Shown here piece after piece: positions 46,916 through 56,758 of a DNA stretch of 64,000 nt. The position numbers and the translations under genes are program-made. The stretch spans positions 1 to 64,000 of the forward strand of contig JAPDJI010000014.1 of the NCBI GenBank assembly GCA_029259155.1, given 5' to 3'. The notes beneath the pieces are model-generated. The model had not been told where the DNA came from. It ran no database searches and worked only from the letters and a program-made list of their open reading frames with translations. Every line of letters starts with the position of its first letter. Within the stretch, counting starts at the first letter, position 1. Origin of the DNA: Candidatus Methanomethylicia archaeon (GTDB taxonomy: Archaea > Thermoproteota > Methanomethylicia > Nezhaarchaeales > B40-G2).

Positions 46916-47683
46916 ATGACCCGCATGGTGATCTCAGTATCGGGTAAAGGTGGAGCAGGTAAGAGTACGGTGGCAGCGCTCTTATTGAAGCTTCTCGACG
47001 AGAAAGGTGGTAGGACTGTGTTGGCGGTGGATGCGGATCCAGCTTCTAACTTGGCTGACATGCTGGGCTTTCAGGTGGAGAAGACTGTAGCTAAAGTGGC
47101 TGAGGAGTTACGTAGAGACATAGAAAGAGGAGCTATTCCTCCTGGAGTTAGCAAAAAGGATATATTGGAGTTTAAGGTGTACTCTGCCCTCAAAGAGGCG
47201 AAGAACTTCGACTTACTGGTCATGGGTAGAGGCGAGGGTGAAGGCTGTTACTGTTACGTTAACTCGGTGCTCACAGGGATCTTGGATACCCTTACCAAAA
47301 ATTACGACGTTACCTTGATGGATATGGAGGCTGGGCTAGAACATGTCAGCAGGAGGACGGATAGAGATGTGGATTACATGTTAATAGTAGTAGACCCGAG
47401 CAAGATGAGCTTTGAGACGGCGAAGAGGATTAAGGAGGTAGCCGAGGAAGTTCATGTAGAGTTTAAACATATGGGGCTCGTAGGTAACAGGTTCAGCTTG
47501 GAGGATGAAGATTACCTCAGGAAAAGAGCTGAGAGCCTAGGGATGGAGTATGGAGGGCTAATACCTGAGGACATAAATGTTCATAGATTTAACCTCGAGG
47601 GAAGGCCTCTGCTAGAACTACCTGACGATAGCCCAGCGGTTATAGCGGCCAAGAAGCTCTTGGAGTACATGGGTCTTCTATGA
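46916..47683 (+). CDS. cooC: CooC/AcsF-type nickel-insertion ATPase
   Basis: GKGGAGKS, DADP, EGCYC, DMEAGLEH. Confidence 0.9.
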   Translation: MTRMVISVSGKGGAGKSTVAALLLKLLDEKGGRTVLAVDADPASNLADMLGFQVEKTVAKVAEELRRDIERGAIPPGVSKKDILEFKVYSALKEAKNFDLLVMGRGEGEGCYCYVNSVLTGILDTLTKNYDVTLMDMEAGLEHVSRRTDRDVDYMLIVVDPSKMSFETAKRIKEVAEEVHVEFKHMGLVGNRFSLEDEDYLRKRAESLGMEYGGLIPEDINVHRFNLEGRPLLELPDDSPAVIAAKKLLEYMGLL

Positions 47684-47692
47684 GCCCCTCCT

Positions 47693-48046
47693 TCACTCTT
47701 CAACCTCTTCGAGAAGCTTAAGTACCGCTTCGTAAGCCTCTCTTGCCCTCTTAAGCTCTTGCTCTGCAGCTTCTGCGTTGACTTCGCCTTCAAAGAAGGC
47801 TTCTTTAGCCTGCCTCCTAATCCAGTCCTCGAGAAGCTTAGCTCTCTCAGCTAGACCAAGGCTGAACCAAGAAGTGCCTATGAGTTTGGAAGAAGCTTTA
47901 AAGCATAGTTCAAGGCAGGCCTCAGAGGAGTTAATGGACAAAGCATATAGCCCCTTACGGTGGGCCTCTTCAGCCTCCTTAAGTATAGCCTCAGCCTGTT
48001 TAAGCTCTTTTTTGACGGCCTCCACTATGTCCATGGAAAAAGACAC
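47693..48046 (-). CDS. HEPN-like helical protein
   Basis: AEAILKEAEE..GLYALS....ACLELCFKA..AEQELKRARE pattern. Confidence 0.5.
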   Translation of the reverse strand: MSFSMDIVEAVKKELKQAEAILKEAEEAHRKGLYALSINSSEACLELCFKASSKLIGTSWFSLGLAERAKLLEDWIRRQAKEAFFEGEVNAEAAEQELKRAREAYEAVLKLLEEVEE

Positions 48047-48080
48047 CTAAAACTTAAACGGAGTTGCCTGCACCTATAAA

Positions 48081-49547
48081 TTGACTAGTGAATTGAGGGT
48101 CCTTTTGTTTAACCCTCCTCCTCCCAAGGGAGGTTACTCCGAAGAGCTTCAAGCTCCTCACGTGGGTTTAGCTTACCTAGCTGCGGTATTGGAGGAGCAC
48201 GGACACAAGGTATGGGTGGTAGATAGCCACCCGCTAGGCTTAGAAGGCTTGAACATACTTCCGTTGCTAGTCAGGAAGCTTAAGCCTAACTTGGTGGGAA
48301 TTACTTCTACGACGCTGACCATAAATCAAGCCTTAAAGGCTGCTAGCTTGGTCAAGGGAGTGGATCCTGATATATTAGTGGTTATGGGCGGGCCTCACGT
48401 TACCTTCCTTGACCTTGAAACCTTAGCATCCTCCAATGCAGTGGACGCAGTAGTTAGAGGAGAAGGGGAAGAGACGTTAATCGACCTCGTGGAGAAGGTG
48501 GAGGCTGAAGGGAATTTTGAGGGGGTTGAAGGTCTCACCTACAGAGACGAAGAGGGTAAAATCAAGAGGGAGGGTGATAGGCCACTTATTGAAGACCTCG
48601 ACAGCTTACCTTTTCCCTCATATAGACATTTACCGCTTAGTGCTTACAGGTCCTTTGGGCTTAAGCCGCCTTCCCTGCCCATAGTCACCAGCCGAGGCTG
48701 TCCTTTCAGGTGCAGTTTCTGTGTTTCTTGGAAGATATATAGAGGTAGGTGGAGGCAGCGGAGTGCTAAAAACGTGGTTGATGAGCTAGAGCACCACGTT
48801 GAGGAGTATAGGGTAACCGATTTCTCCTTTGTCGATGACATATTTACCTTGAACCGTAAGAGGGTGAAGGAGATCTGTAAGGAGATCCGTGAGCGAGGAT
48901 TAGAGATCACATGGGGGTGTAGTGCAAGAGTGGACACTGTGGATGAAGAGCTGTTAAAGACCATGAAGAGGGCAGGCTGCCACACTGTCTACTTCGGCGT
49001 GGAGGCCAGATCTCAACGCACCTTAAATGCCATGAGGAAGGGCTTTGTTCCTGAAAAGGTTGAAGAAGTGTTTAAGTTATGTAGGAAGTTGGGGATAAAC
49101 ACCGTAGCCTCGGCCATCCTTTTCTGGCCTACAGAAACTAGAAAGGAGGTGAAAGAAACCATTAGGTTCGTTAAGAGCCTAGAAGCTGACATAGCTCAGT
49201 TCTGCATAGCTACACCTTTCCCAGGAACGGACCTATACCAAGAGATGGAACAGGTTGGTTTAATAAAAGAGAAGGACTGGTCTAAGTATGATATCGTAAC
49301 ACCCGTCTTTGAAACTTCTCAGTTTAATAGTAAATACATGGTTAGGCTTTGGAAAAAGGCTTACTTGACTTTTTATCTTAGACCTAGCTATGTGGCTAAG
49401 CAACTAGCAAAGCGTAGCTTACCTTTATTTAAAGCCATGCTTCACATGGTTAAAAGAGCCTTATATTATAGGCTTAAGCTACCTTGTCCTGAAGCTAGTT
49501 TAAGGATGATGGTAGCTGAACTCTCTCTCAAGGAAGTATTGCCATAG
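48081..49547 (+). CDS. Cobalamin-binding radical SAM protein
   Basis: GLAYLAAVL, GGPH, RGEGE, TSRGCPFRCSFC, TPFPGT. Confidence 0.9.
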   Translation: MTSELRVLLFNPPPPKGGYSEELQAPHVGLAYLAAVLEEHGHKVWVVDSHPLGLEGLNILPLLVRKLKPNLVGITSTTLTINQALKAASLVKGVDPDILVVMGGPHVTFLDLETLASSNAVDAVVRGEGEETLIDLVEKVEAEGNFEGVEGLTYRDEEGKIKREGDRPLIEDLDSLPFPSYRHLPLSAYRSFGLKPPSLPIVTSRGCPFRCSFCVSWKIYRGRWRQRSAKNVVDELEHHVEEYRVTDFSFVDDIFTLNRKRVKEICKEIRERGLEITWGCSARVDTVDEELLKTMKRAGCHTVYFGVEARSQRTLNAMRKGFVPEKVEEVFKLCRKLGINTVASAILFWPTETRKEVKETIRFVKSLEADIAQFCIATPFPGTDLYQEMEQVGLIKEKDWSKYDIVTPVFETSQFNSKYMVRLWKKAYLTFYLRPSYVAKQLAKRSLPLFKAMLHMVKRALYYRLKLPCPEASLRMMVAELSLKEVLP

Positions 49548-49589
49548 CCTCAACCACTCGAGAGTTTTACCCATGACTGAAGGAGCTTC
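49445..49589 (+). repeat. 145-bp direct repeat, left copy
   Basis: CATGGTTAAAAGAGCC...GAAGGAGCTTC identical by eye to 56614-56758. Confidence 0.95.
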
Positions 49590-49731
49590 TTGGTCACGGA
49601 TGGGAGGATGTTATTACGAACTTAAAAAAGGTAACACTTAAATAGTCCAACACAAACGCGTACTATGCCATGGGATGTTTCGTAACAGCGGGTAGGCAGC
49701 ATTGCTGTTGGGCTTATGGAAGTGACAGTTA

Positions 49732-52104
49732 ATGAAGCCTAGAGTGGCCTTCATAATAGGCTATGGAGCATCCCCCCTCCCCACGCTAAGGAAGGTCCTT
49801 GAAGAGGAAGCTAAGGCCTTGAGCTTCGAAGGAATAGCAGTAAGCAATGCTACCTGCGAGGCTGAGCTTGACTTTATAAGGAGCGCTGACGTCGTCTTCG
49901 TTTATTCCCATGAATTGCCCCCGAGCGTTGTCGAAGCATTGGAGAACCATGGGGGGAAGATCGTAGCCTTATCCGGGCCATATGCCCATCTATCATCCAT
50001 CCCTGGCGAGGTGCTTGCGAAGGCTAGCGCTTTCTACACGACCGGAGGGGAAGGTAATCTAAGAAAACTAGTCAGGCTTATGGTAAAGCTGGCTGGCGTA
50101 GATATCGAGGTGGGAGAAGTCGAAGACGTCCCCTGGCACGGGATATACCATCCACAGCTCGGAGTTTTCACCAAGTTGCAAGATTACCTAAACCTTTATC
50201 CTTACGCTAACCGTCCGCTCGTCGGGATTCTATTCCCCAAGAGCTACTGGCTTTACGGGCAGACTGAGCCCGTTTCAAAACTCATTGAGGTTCTCGAGCA
50301 GGAAGGTCTTGGAACCATCCCAGTATTCACATATGGATATAGGTCTTCCTTCAACTGCTTGGGCTACACAAAGGAGGATTCGATACATGAGTTCTTCTTC
50401 ATGGATGACAAACCAGTTATTGAGGCGCTCGTCAATCTCTACTTTTTCTTCCTACTCGACCATGGGCCTAACTCTGAGCAGCAGTTTAAGGAGGCGAGGG
50501 GTATTGAGCTACTGAAGCGCCTCGGCGTACCCATAATCCAAGTTGTTACTTCGTTTTACCGCTCAGTTGAGGAGTGGCTAAGGGATAAGCAAGGAGTCGA
50601 CTACCTTACGCAGGTTTACTGTGTAATAATGCCTGAGGTCGACGGCCTCATCGAGCCGATCTATGCCGTGGGGTCTGTTGTGAACTCGCTCGGCGTCAAG
50701 GAACATCATTCCTATAAAGAACACCTTCAATACATAGCGCGTCGCGTAAAGCATTGGGTGAAGCTTAAGCTCAAGAAGCCGGAGGAGCGTAAGATAGCAA
50801 TAGTGCTAATAAACCCACCGTGCAAGGGCCTTGAGGCGAACGTAGCGGTTGGCCTTGGCCTTGACGTGCCGGAGAGCGTTGTCAAGCTTCTATGGGAGCT
50901 AAAGAGGCAAGGTTACGACGTCGGCGACGAGCTACCAAAGTCCGGCGAGGAGCTGGTGAGGATGATCATGGAGAGAAAGGCTATCAGTGAGTTCAGGTGG
51001 ACGAGCGTCGATGAAATCGTGAAACTCGGTGGCGCAGTTGCTTTCGTCGATGCTGAGACCTACAGCGATTGGTTCAAGGAGTTATCACCGAAGGTTAAAG
51101 AAGAGATGGTCAAGGAGTGGGGGGATCCGCACGACGTACTTGCAGGCAGGGTTTCGAAGGAGCTTGTAGGGATGGTGTACGATGGCAAATTTGTCGTCCC
51201 AGGCCTCTTGTTCGGCAATGTGTTCATTACAACCCAGCCGAAGTTCGGCTGTGCAGGCCCAGTGTGCGACGGCAGGGTCTGTAGGATACTGCACAACCCC
51301 ACGATACCTCCTCCGCACCAGTGGCTCGCCGTCTACCGGTGGATTACGAGGGTGTTCAGGGCTGACGTCGTGCTACACTTCGGGACTCACGGCTACTTAG
51401 AATTTAGACCTGGCAAAGGAGTGGGCCTATCACCTGAGTGTTGGCCTGAAATAACGATCGATGAAGTCCCACACCTGTATGTCTACGTCGTCTCTAACCC
51501 TATGGAAGGCGTAATAGCGAAGCGCAGGAGCTACGCAGCGCTCGTAGACCACCTCTACCCGCCGATGACGATGGCCAACGTCCTAGACGAGCTCGACGAT
51601 CTGCTCAACCAGTACGCTAGGGCTAAGCAGCTAGGTGAGCATGCGCGGGCCAAGGTTCTCTACGAGAAGCTCCTCGAGGCCGCGAGGAAGCATAACATTT
51701 CAGTGGAGCGTCCTGAGGATGCTGAGAAGACCATTGAGGGGATACATAGATACGTCGACTTAATTAAGGGGAGCCAAGTTAACCTGGGCCTACACGTGTT
51801 TGGCAATCCTCCTAGGGATCCCCGTAGGCTCAGCGAGTATGTAGTGACGGCAATGAGCTACGACTCGCATTACTCTCCGTCAATCAAGCGTGTTCTTGCT
51901 GAGTACCTTGGCCTCGATTATGATGAGCTCAGGAAGGAGCCGATGAAGATCAATAGAAGATATGGTGCACCAAACCGTGAGGTGCTGGATAAGCTCCACT
52001 CCGTTGCAGTTAACGTTCTCGAGAAGCTCATTTCACTTGGCTCAAGCGAGCCTGATCTAGTAGTTAAGCTTGTTGAGGAGGAGGTGACGAAAACCCTTGG
52101 CTAA
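49732..52104 (+). CDS. cobN: CobN/BchH chelatase, N-terminal part
   Basis: MPEVDG.IEP, GLDVPES, PPPHQWLAVYRW, HFGTHGYLEFRPGKGVGLS, EGVIAKRR. Confidence 0.88.
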   Translation: MKPRVAFIIGYGASPLPTLRKVLEEEAKALSFEGIAVSNATCEAELDFIRSADVVFVYSHELPPSVVEALENHGGKIVALSGPYAHLSSIPGEVLAKASAFYTTGGEGNLRKLVRLMVKLAGVDIEVGEVEDVPWHGIYHPQLGVFTKLQDYLNLYPYANRPLVGILFPKSYWLYGQTEPVSKLIEVLEQEGLGTIPVFTYGYRSSFNCLGYTKEDSIHEFFFMDDKPVIEALVNLYFFFLLDHGPNSEQQFKEARGIELLKRLGVPIIQVVTSFYRSVEEWLRDKQGVDYLTQVYCVIMPEVDGLIEPIYAVGSVVNSLGVKEHHSYKEHLQYIARRVKHWVKLKLKKPEERKIAIVLINPPCKGLEANVAVGLGLDVPESVVKLLWELKRQGYDVGDELPKSGEELVRMIMERKAISEFRWTSVDEIVKLGGAVAFVDAETYSDWFKELSPKVKEEMVKEWGDPHDVLAGRVSKELVGMVYDGKFVVPGLLFGNVFITTQPKFGCAGPVCDGRVCRILHNPTIPPPHQWLAVYRWITRVFRADVVLHFGTHGYLEFRPGKGVGLSPECWPEITIDEVPHLYVYVVSNPMEGVIAKRRSYAALVDHLYPPMTMANVLDELDDLLNQYARAKQLGEHARAKVLYEKLLEAARKHNISVERPEDAEKTIEGIHRYVDLIKGSQVNLGLHVFGNPPRDPRRLSEYVVTAMSYDSHYSPSIKRVLAEYLGLDYDELRKEPMKINRRYGAPNREVLDKLHSVAVNVLEKLISLGSSEPDLVVKLVEEEVTKTLG

Positions 52105-53617
52105 GCTGGAGTTAAAGAGACGTGAAGTGGATGGGCTTGTCGCCGTCTTCGCTAAAGCCCTTGACGTAGCTCAGAGGATTGCGAGGTGCGAAGAGATACC
52201 AGCTCTCCTCGAAGGCTTCTCTGCCTCTTTCATAGAGCCTGGCGCCTCTGGCGCAATTACCCGAGGTAAGTTTGAGATCCTTCCGACTGGGAGGAACTTT
52301 TACGCCGTAGACCCGCGTATGCTTCCAACGCGGGCAGCATGGGAGGTCGGTGTTAAGACCGCCCATAAAATGCTTAATTACTATTTGGAAAAACATGGCA
52401 GGTACCCCGAGAGCGTGGGCCACGTCCTATGGAGCATTGACGCTTACAAGGCTGATGGAGAGCAGCTTGCCCAGATACTTTACCTCTTGGGCGTGAGGCC
52501 GGTGTGGGGACCTGATGGGGCTGTGCAGGGCTTAGAGGTCATTCCTCTCGACGAGCTTAAGCGCCCTAGGATAGACTGCGTGACGCGTATCAGCGGCATA
52601 GTTCGCGATACGCTCCCAAACTATCCCTACCTGATAGATGACGCAGTTGAGAAGGTCGTTGTGCTTGACGAGCCGCTGGATCTGAACTTCGTCAGGAAGC
52701 ACTACATCGAGTACGTGAGGGAGCTGCTCCGGCTGGGAAGAAGCGTCGAGGACGCTAGGGTAGCAGCTAGATACCGTGTCTTCTGCTCGCCTCCAGGGAG
52801 CTACGGCGCTGGTGTGAACTACGCAGTTGAGGCGTCAGCTTGGGAGGAAGATGAGGACTTAGCGAAGACTTGGGTTCAGTGGGCTGGCTACGCTTATGGC
52901 AAGTCCTCTCACGGCGCCAAGGCTCACGACGTACTCGTACTCACGCTCAAAGATGTTGACGCTGTGTCAAGGAGCCACCCGAGCGATGAACACGACCTCT
53001 TAGCCTGCTGCTGCTACTTCGCCTACCATGGCGGCTTCTTCAACTCGGCCAAGGCGATTTCGGGGAAGGACATCGATGCCATACACGTTGATACCCGCGA
53101 CCTCTCGAACTTAGACGTTAGAGACGTGAAGGTTGAGATCGAGAGGGTGGTGCGCGCCAAACTCCTCAATCCCGCGTGGATCGAGGAAATGAAGAAGCAC
53201 GGCTATAGAGGTGCCAACGAGTTCTCGAAGAAGATACTACACTTATACGGCTGGTCAGCGACCACTAAGCTAGTTGAGGATTGGGTCTTTGACGAAATAG
53301 CGAAAACCTATGCCCTTAATGAGGAGATGCGGAAGTGGTTCGAGGAACACAATGTCTGGTCTCTCGAGGAAATAGTTAGACGCTTGGTGGAGGCTGCGGA
53401 GCGCAATCTCTGGAGGCCACCCAACGAGCTACTTGAACAGCTGAGGGAGGTTTACGCTGAGCTAGAAGGAATACTCGAGGAGACTGCAGTCGGCGAAGGA
53501 GATAGGCAAGGAGGGTCAATCAACATCATCACGGCTGAAGCGGTCGACCACTGGAAGAATTCCATCTTGGAGGTGGAAGCTATATGGAGGAGAGTGAAGC
53601 AAGAAGCAGGAAGCTGA
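52097..53617 (+). CDS. cobN: CobN/BchH chelatase, C-terminal part
   Basis: LPTGRNFYAVDP, LKRPRID, ISGIVRD, YGAGV, LLNPAWIEEMKKHGYRGA. Confidence 0.88.
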   Translation: MAKLELKRREVDGLVAVFAKALDVAQRIARCEEIPALLEGFSASFIEPGASGAITRGKFEILPTGRNFYAVDPRMLPTRAAWEVGVKTAHKMLNYYLEKHGRYPESVGHVLWSIDAYKADGEQLAQILYLLGVRPVWGPDGAVQGLEVIPLDELKRPRIDCVTRISGIVRDTLPNYPYLIDDAVEKVVVLDEPLDLNFVRKHYIEYVRELLRLGRSVEDARVAARYRVFCSPPGSYGAGVNYAVEASAWEEDEDLAKTWVQWAGYAYGKSSHGAKAHDVLVLTLKDVDAVSRSHPSDEHDLLACCCYFAYHGGFFNSAKAISGKDIDAIHVDTRDLSNLDVRDVKVEIERVVRAKLLNPAWIEEMKKHGYRGANEFSKKILHLYGWSATTKLVEDWVFDEIAKTYALNEEMRKWFEEHNVWSLEEIVRRLVEAAERNLWRPPNELLEQLREVYAELEGILEETAVGEGDRQGGSINIITAEAVDHWKNSILEVEAIWRRVKQEAGS

Positions 53618-55524
53618 TCTTTCCTTTCACAGCAATCATAGGCTTGGATAAAGCCAAGCTGGCTCTCCTATGCGCAGCCGTCAACCCCCTGATCGGTGGA
53701 GTACTGCTAAGGGGGGACAAGGGCACGGGTAAGTCGACGCTCGTTAGGGCTTTAGCCAACGTCCTCCCTGACATAGAGATTGTCGTGGGTTGCCCCTTCA
53801 ACTGCAATCCACACGACCCGCTGGAGATGTGCGATGTATGTCATGAAAAGTGGACCCACGGCGAAGAGCTCCCTATAGTTAGGCGACGCATGCGTGTCGT
53901 TGACCTCCCACTCAGCATAACGGTTGATAGGCTCGTCGGCACACTGAATATTGAGAGAGCCCTAAAGGAGGGTATAAGAGCTCTCCACCCAGGCCTCCTA
54001 GCTGAGGCTAATCAAAACATTCTATACATTGACGAGGTGAACCTCCTCGACGACTACGTTGCTGATGTGCTGCTTGACTGCGCAGCGATGGGCTGGAATA
54101 TAGTGGAGCGTGAGGGGGTCTCCGTTAAACATCCATCGCGCTTCATCCTCGTCGGTAGCATGAACCCAGAGGAGGGAGAGCTGAGGCCTCAGATCCTTGA
54201 CCGCTTCGGCCTCTCCGTCACTATAGAGGCTCCGATGGAGCCTGAGGCACGCTGCGAAATAGTAAGGCGCGTCGAAGAATTCCACGCAGACCCGCTAGAG
54301 TTTTACAGAAAGTTCGAGCAAGCGGAGGCAGAGCTACGTGAGAAGGTGGTAAAGGCTAGGAAACTGCTAAAGAAGGTCTCGATTAGCGATGACCTACTCA
54401 GCCTCTTGGCCAAGACCATCGTCGAGCTCGGCATCAGGACGAGTCGAGCAGAGATCATTACGGTGAAGGCGGCGAAGGCGATAGCTGCGCTCGAGGGGCG
54501 GACGAGGGTAACTTTAGAGGACCTCGAGCGGGCCATGGGCTTGGCTCTTCCACATAGACTGAGGGCGAAGCCCTTCGAGACCCAGCCCCCTGAACTGCCA
54601 CGGCTGGCACAGCAAAACAGCAGGGCTGAGGAGCAGAATTGTGAGCAGCACGGTGACCCTCATGACGTCCACAGCCAGTCTCTCAAATCACACAACTCTC
54701 CTCCCAATGACCGCAAGGTCGGTGAACAGGAACGGACCTACGAACCAGACCGCGAGGTTAAGGCTAAGAGCCTACCATGTGACCGTAAGTCTGAAGCTGG
54801 TCGACCCAAGCCAAGAGGAGCAAGAGATGTACGCCTGACAGTGATTGGCTATCCTCACGGCTATCCCGTCTCCTACGCCCCGCCGCGAGGCGAACCAACC
54901 GACGTGGACATAGTGGCAACTCTTGTCCTCGCGTCGCTGAGGGGTCTAAACATGCCCCTCGCTATAAAATCTGATGACTTGCGTGTGAAGGTTAGAAAGG
55001 TAAGAGCACCAACTCTCACAGTGTTCTTGTTAGACTCGAGCGGAAGCATGGCTGCTCTAAGGAGGATAAGCCTGGCGAAGGGGATAGCTTCCAGCCTCGT
55101 GGAGGAGGCTTACATTAAGAGGAGCCCTGTATCCCTTGTCGTATTCCGAAACAAGGCGGCGGACGTCGTTGTGCCGCCGACGAGAAATTATCTCGAGCTG
55201 ACTTCGGCGTTGGAGAACGTACCGACCGGAGGTCGTACACCTCTTTCGTCGGCTCTTCAAGCATTGCTCGACCTCTCTAGGCACGCGAGGGCTAAGTGTA
55301 AGAACCTTAAGGTCAAGGCAGTCCTGATCTCCGATGGAAAGGCCAATGTTTCGCTAGGCGGAGGCAGCGTGAAAGAGGAGCTGGTAAAGCTTGCGGCAGA
55401 GGTCAAGCGGAGTGGCATCGAATTAACCGTGTATGACACAAGGCCTTCAGGTGTAATCGATCCAGCCCCTTCATACATCGACTTACTGAAGGAAGCGGCT
55501 GGCGCCCATGTATTCGGAGTCTGA
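53584..55524 (+). CDS. ChlI/ChlD-type chelatase AAA+ subunit with vWA domain
   Basis: GDKGTGKS, YIDEVNLL, MNPEEGELRPQILDRFG, MIDAS DSSGSM, GGRTPL, ISDG. Confidence 0.9.
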   Translation: MEESEARSRKLIFPFTAIIGLDKAKLALLCAAVNPLIGGVLLRGDKGTGKSTLVRALANVLPDIEIVVGCPFNCNPHDPLEMCDVCHEKWTHGEELPIVRRRMRVVDLPLSITVDRLVGTLNIERALKEGIRALHPGLLAEANQNILYIDEVNLLDDYVADVLLDCAAMGWNIVEREGVSVKHPSRFILVGSMNPEEGELRPQILDRFGLSVTIEAPMEPEARCEIVRRVEEFHADPLEFYRKFEQAEAELREKVVKARKLLKKVSISDDLLSLLAKTIVELGIRTSRAEIITVKAAKAIAALEGRTRVTLEDLERAMGLALPHRLRAKPFETQPPELPRLAQQNSRAEEQNCEQHGDPHDVHSQSLKSHNSPPNDRKVGEQERTYEPDREVKAKSLPCDRKSEAGRPKPRGARDVRLTVIGYPHGYPVSYAPPRGEPTDVDIVATLVLASLRGLNMPLAIKSDDLRVKVRKVRAPTLTVFLLDSSGSMAALRRISLAKGIASSLVEEAYIKRSPVSLVVFRNKAADVVVPPTRNYLELTSALENVPTGGRTPLSSALQALLDLSRHARAKCKNLKVKAVLISDGKANVSLGGGSVKEELVKLAAEVKRSGIELTVYDTRPSGVIDPAPSYIDLLKEAAGAHVFGV

Positions 55525-56485
55525 GCTACTCCTGCAGCTTGTCCTGTTCGCTGTTAGGTTGATCCCGCTGGTTTTCGTCGGTGCAGTATTTGCGAATCTC
55601 TGCGTAGAGCTGGGTGTAGCTGACCGTATTGCGCGATTTATTAACCCTCTACTTAGGGCAGCCGCCCTCCCTAAGGGGCTATCCATCCCTCTCATCATGG
55701 TGCCGCTGGAGCCGAGGGTAGGACACGCTATGATTTCATCTATGTTGGAGCGAGGCGAGATTGGGGAACGCGAAGTTATAGCTTCAAGTTTCTTGGTAAC
55801 TCCTCTGGTCATTGCGATCTTTCTTGTGCCCAGGTATTACCTTCCAGTGGCTTTCCCAGCTCTCGGCGTGACAGTTGCGACCATCTATATCCTCTGCACC
55901 CTCCTCTGCTCTCTCGCCAAGATGGGAATAGCCATAGTCTATGGCCAACTAACTGCTCACGGTGGCAAAACACCTACAGCCATCGAGAAGCTGCACAGCA
56001 GCTCAGCCGAGGCATCTAAGAGGAGCTCTCGACGTGACGTTTTTATCGTAGCCCTCAAGGAGGCAGCAGTGTTAACAAAAAAGGTGGCAGTGAGAACTCT
56101 TGCTGTAGTATTGTTCCTTGCCGTTGCAGGCTACGTAGGCCTGTTCCTGTGGCTTGAGAATGGCCTTAGTAGCGCCATTGGTTTTATCGGACTACCTGCC
56201 CACACGATAACTATTGCAGCGACTTACGCAGTCTCTCCTCTCGCTGGGATAGCCCTCGCCGGAGCGGTGCTTTCTCAAACTGAAGTTTCGTGTAGGGGGG
56301 CATTAGCGGGCCTCCTGCTTTGGAGCGCTCTCTTCAGACTTTCCTCCGAGTATCCACGACATTCCTTCCCGTTCTATGCGTCGGTTTACCCTGTGAAGGT
56401 AGCCTTCAAGTTAGTCGCGCTTTCGATTGCTATCGACCTACCGGTTCTATTGGCACTGACTGCTGCGGTTCTAATTTTCATGTAA
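55508..56485 (+). CDS. Polytopic membrane protein, gate (nucleoside-recognition) domain-like
   Basis: Many TM segments; PLLRAAALP..GEIGEREV pattern. Confidence 0.6.
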   Translation: MYSESELLLQLVLFAVRLIPLVFVGAVFANLCVELGVADRIARFINPLLRAAALPKGLSIPLIMVPLEPRVGHAMISSMLERGEIGEREVIASSFLVTPLVIAIFLVPRYYLPVAFPALGVTVATIYILCTLLCSLAKMGIAIVYGQLTAHGGKTPTAIEKLHSSSAEASKRSSRRDVFIVALKEAAVLTKKVAVRTLAVVLFLAVAGYVGLFLWLENGLSSAIGFIGLPAHTITIAATYAVSPLAGIALAGAVLSQTEVSCRGALAGLLLWSALFRLSSEYPRHSFPFYASVYPVKVAFKLVALSIAIDLPVLLALTAAVLIFM

Positions 56486-56613
56486 TGCAAGTTTTTTCGT
56501 ACTGCTGCCTCATTCAAGACTTGTTGCTTTATCATGTCACATCGGCACCGCCGATATGTTAGTTGCCGGCATCGCTATGAAGGCTTTCAGTGACTTGAGT
56601 TTCCTGCTAATCG

Positions 56614-56758
56614 CATGGTTAAAAGAGCCTTATATTATAGGCTTAAGCTACCTTGTCCTGAAGCTAGTTTAAGGATGATGGTAGCTGAACTCTCTCTCAA
56701 GGAAGTATTGCCATAGCCTCAACCACTCGAGAGTTTTACCCATGACTGAAGGAGCTTC
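56614..56758 (+). repeat. 145-bp direct repeat, right copy
   Basis: Identical by eye to 49445-49589. Confidence 0.95.

Larger units (their letters stand above)
49590..56613. mobile_element. Putative inserted island (chelatase cassette) between direct repeats; no integrase seen
   Basis: Bounded by the 145-bp repeats; looks richer in C-ending codons and CpG than the flanks (qualitative only). Confidence 0.6.

Noticed and set aside
49590-56613. Provirus or IS interpretation of the island
   Set aside because: No integrase, transposase, terminal inverted repeats or viral genes seen
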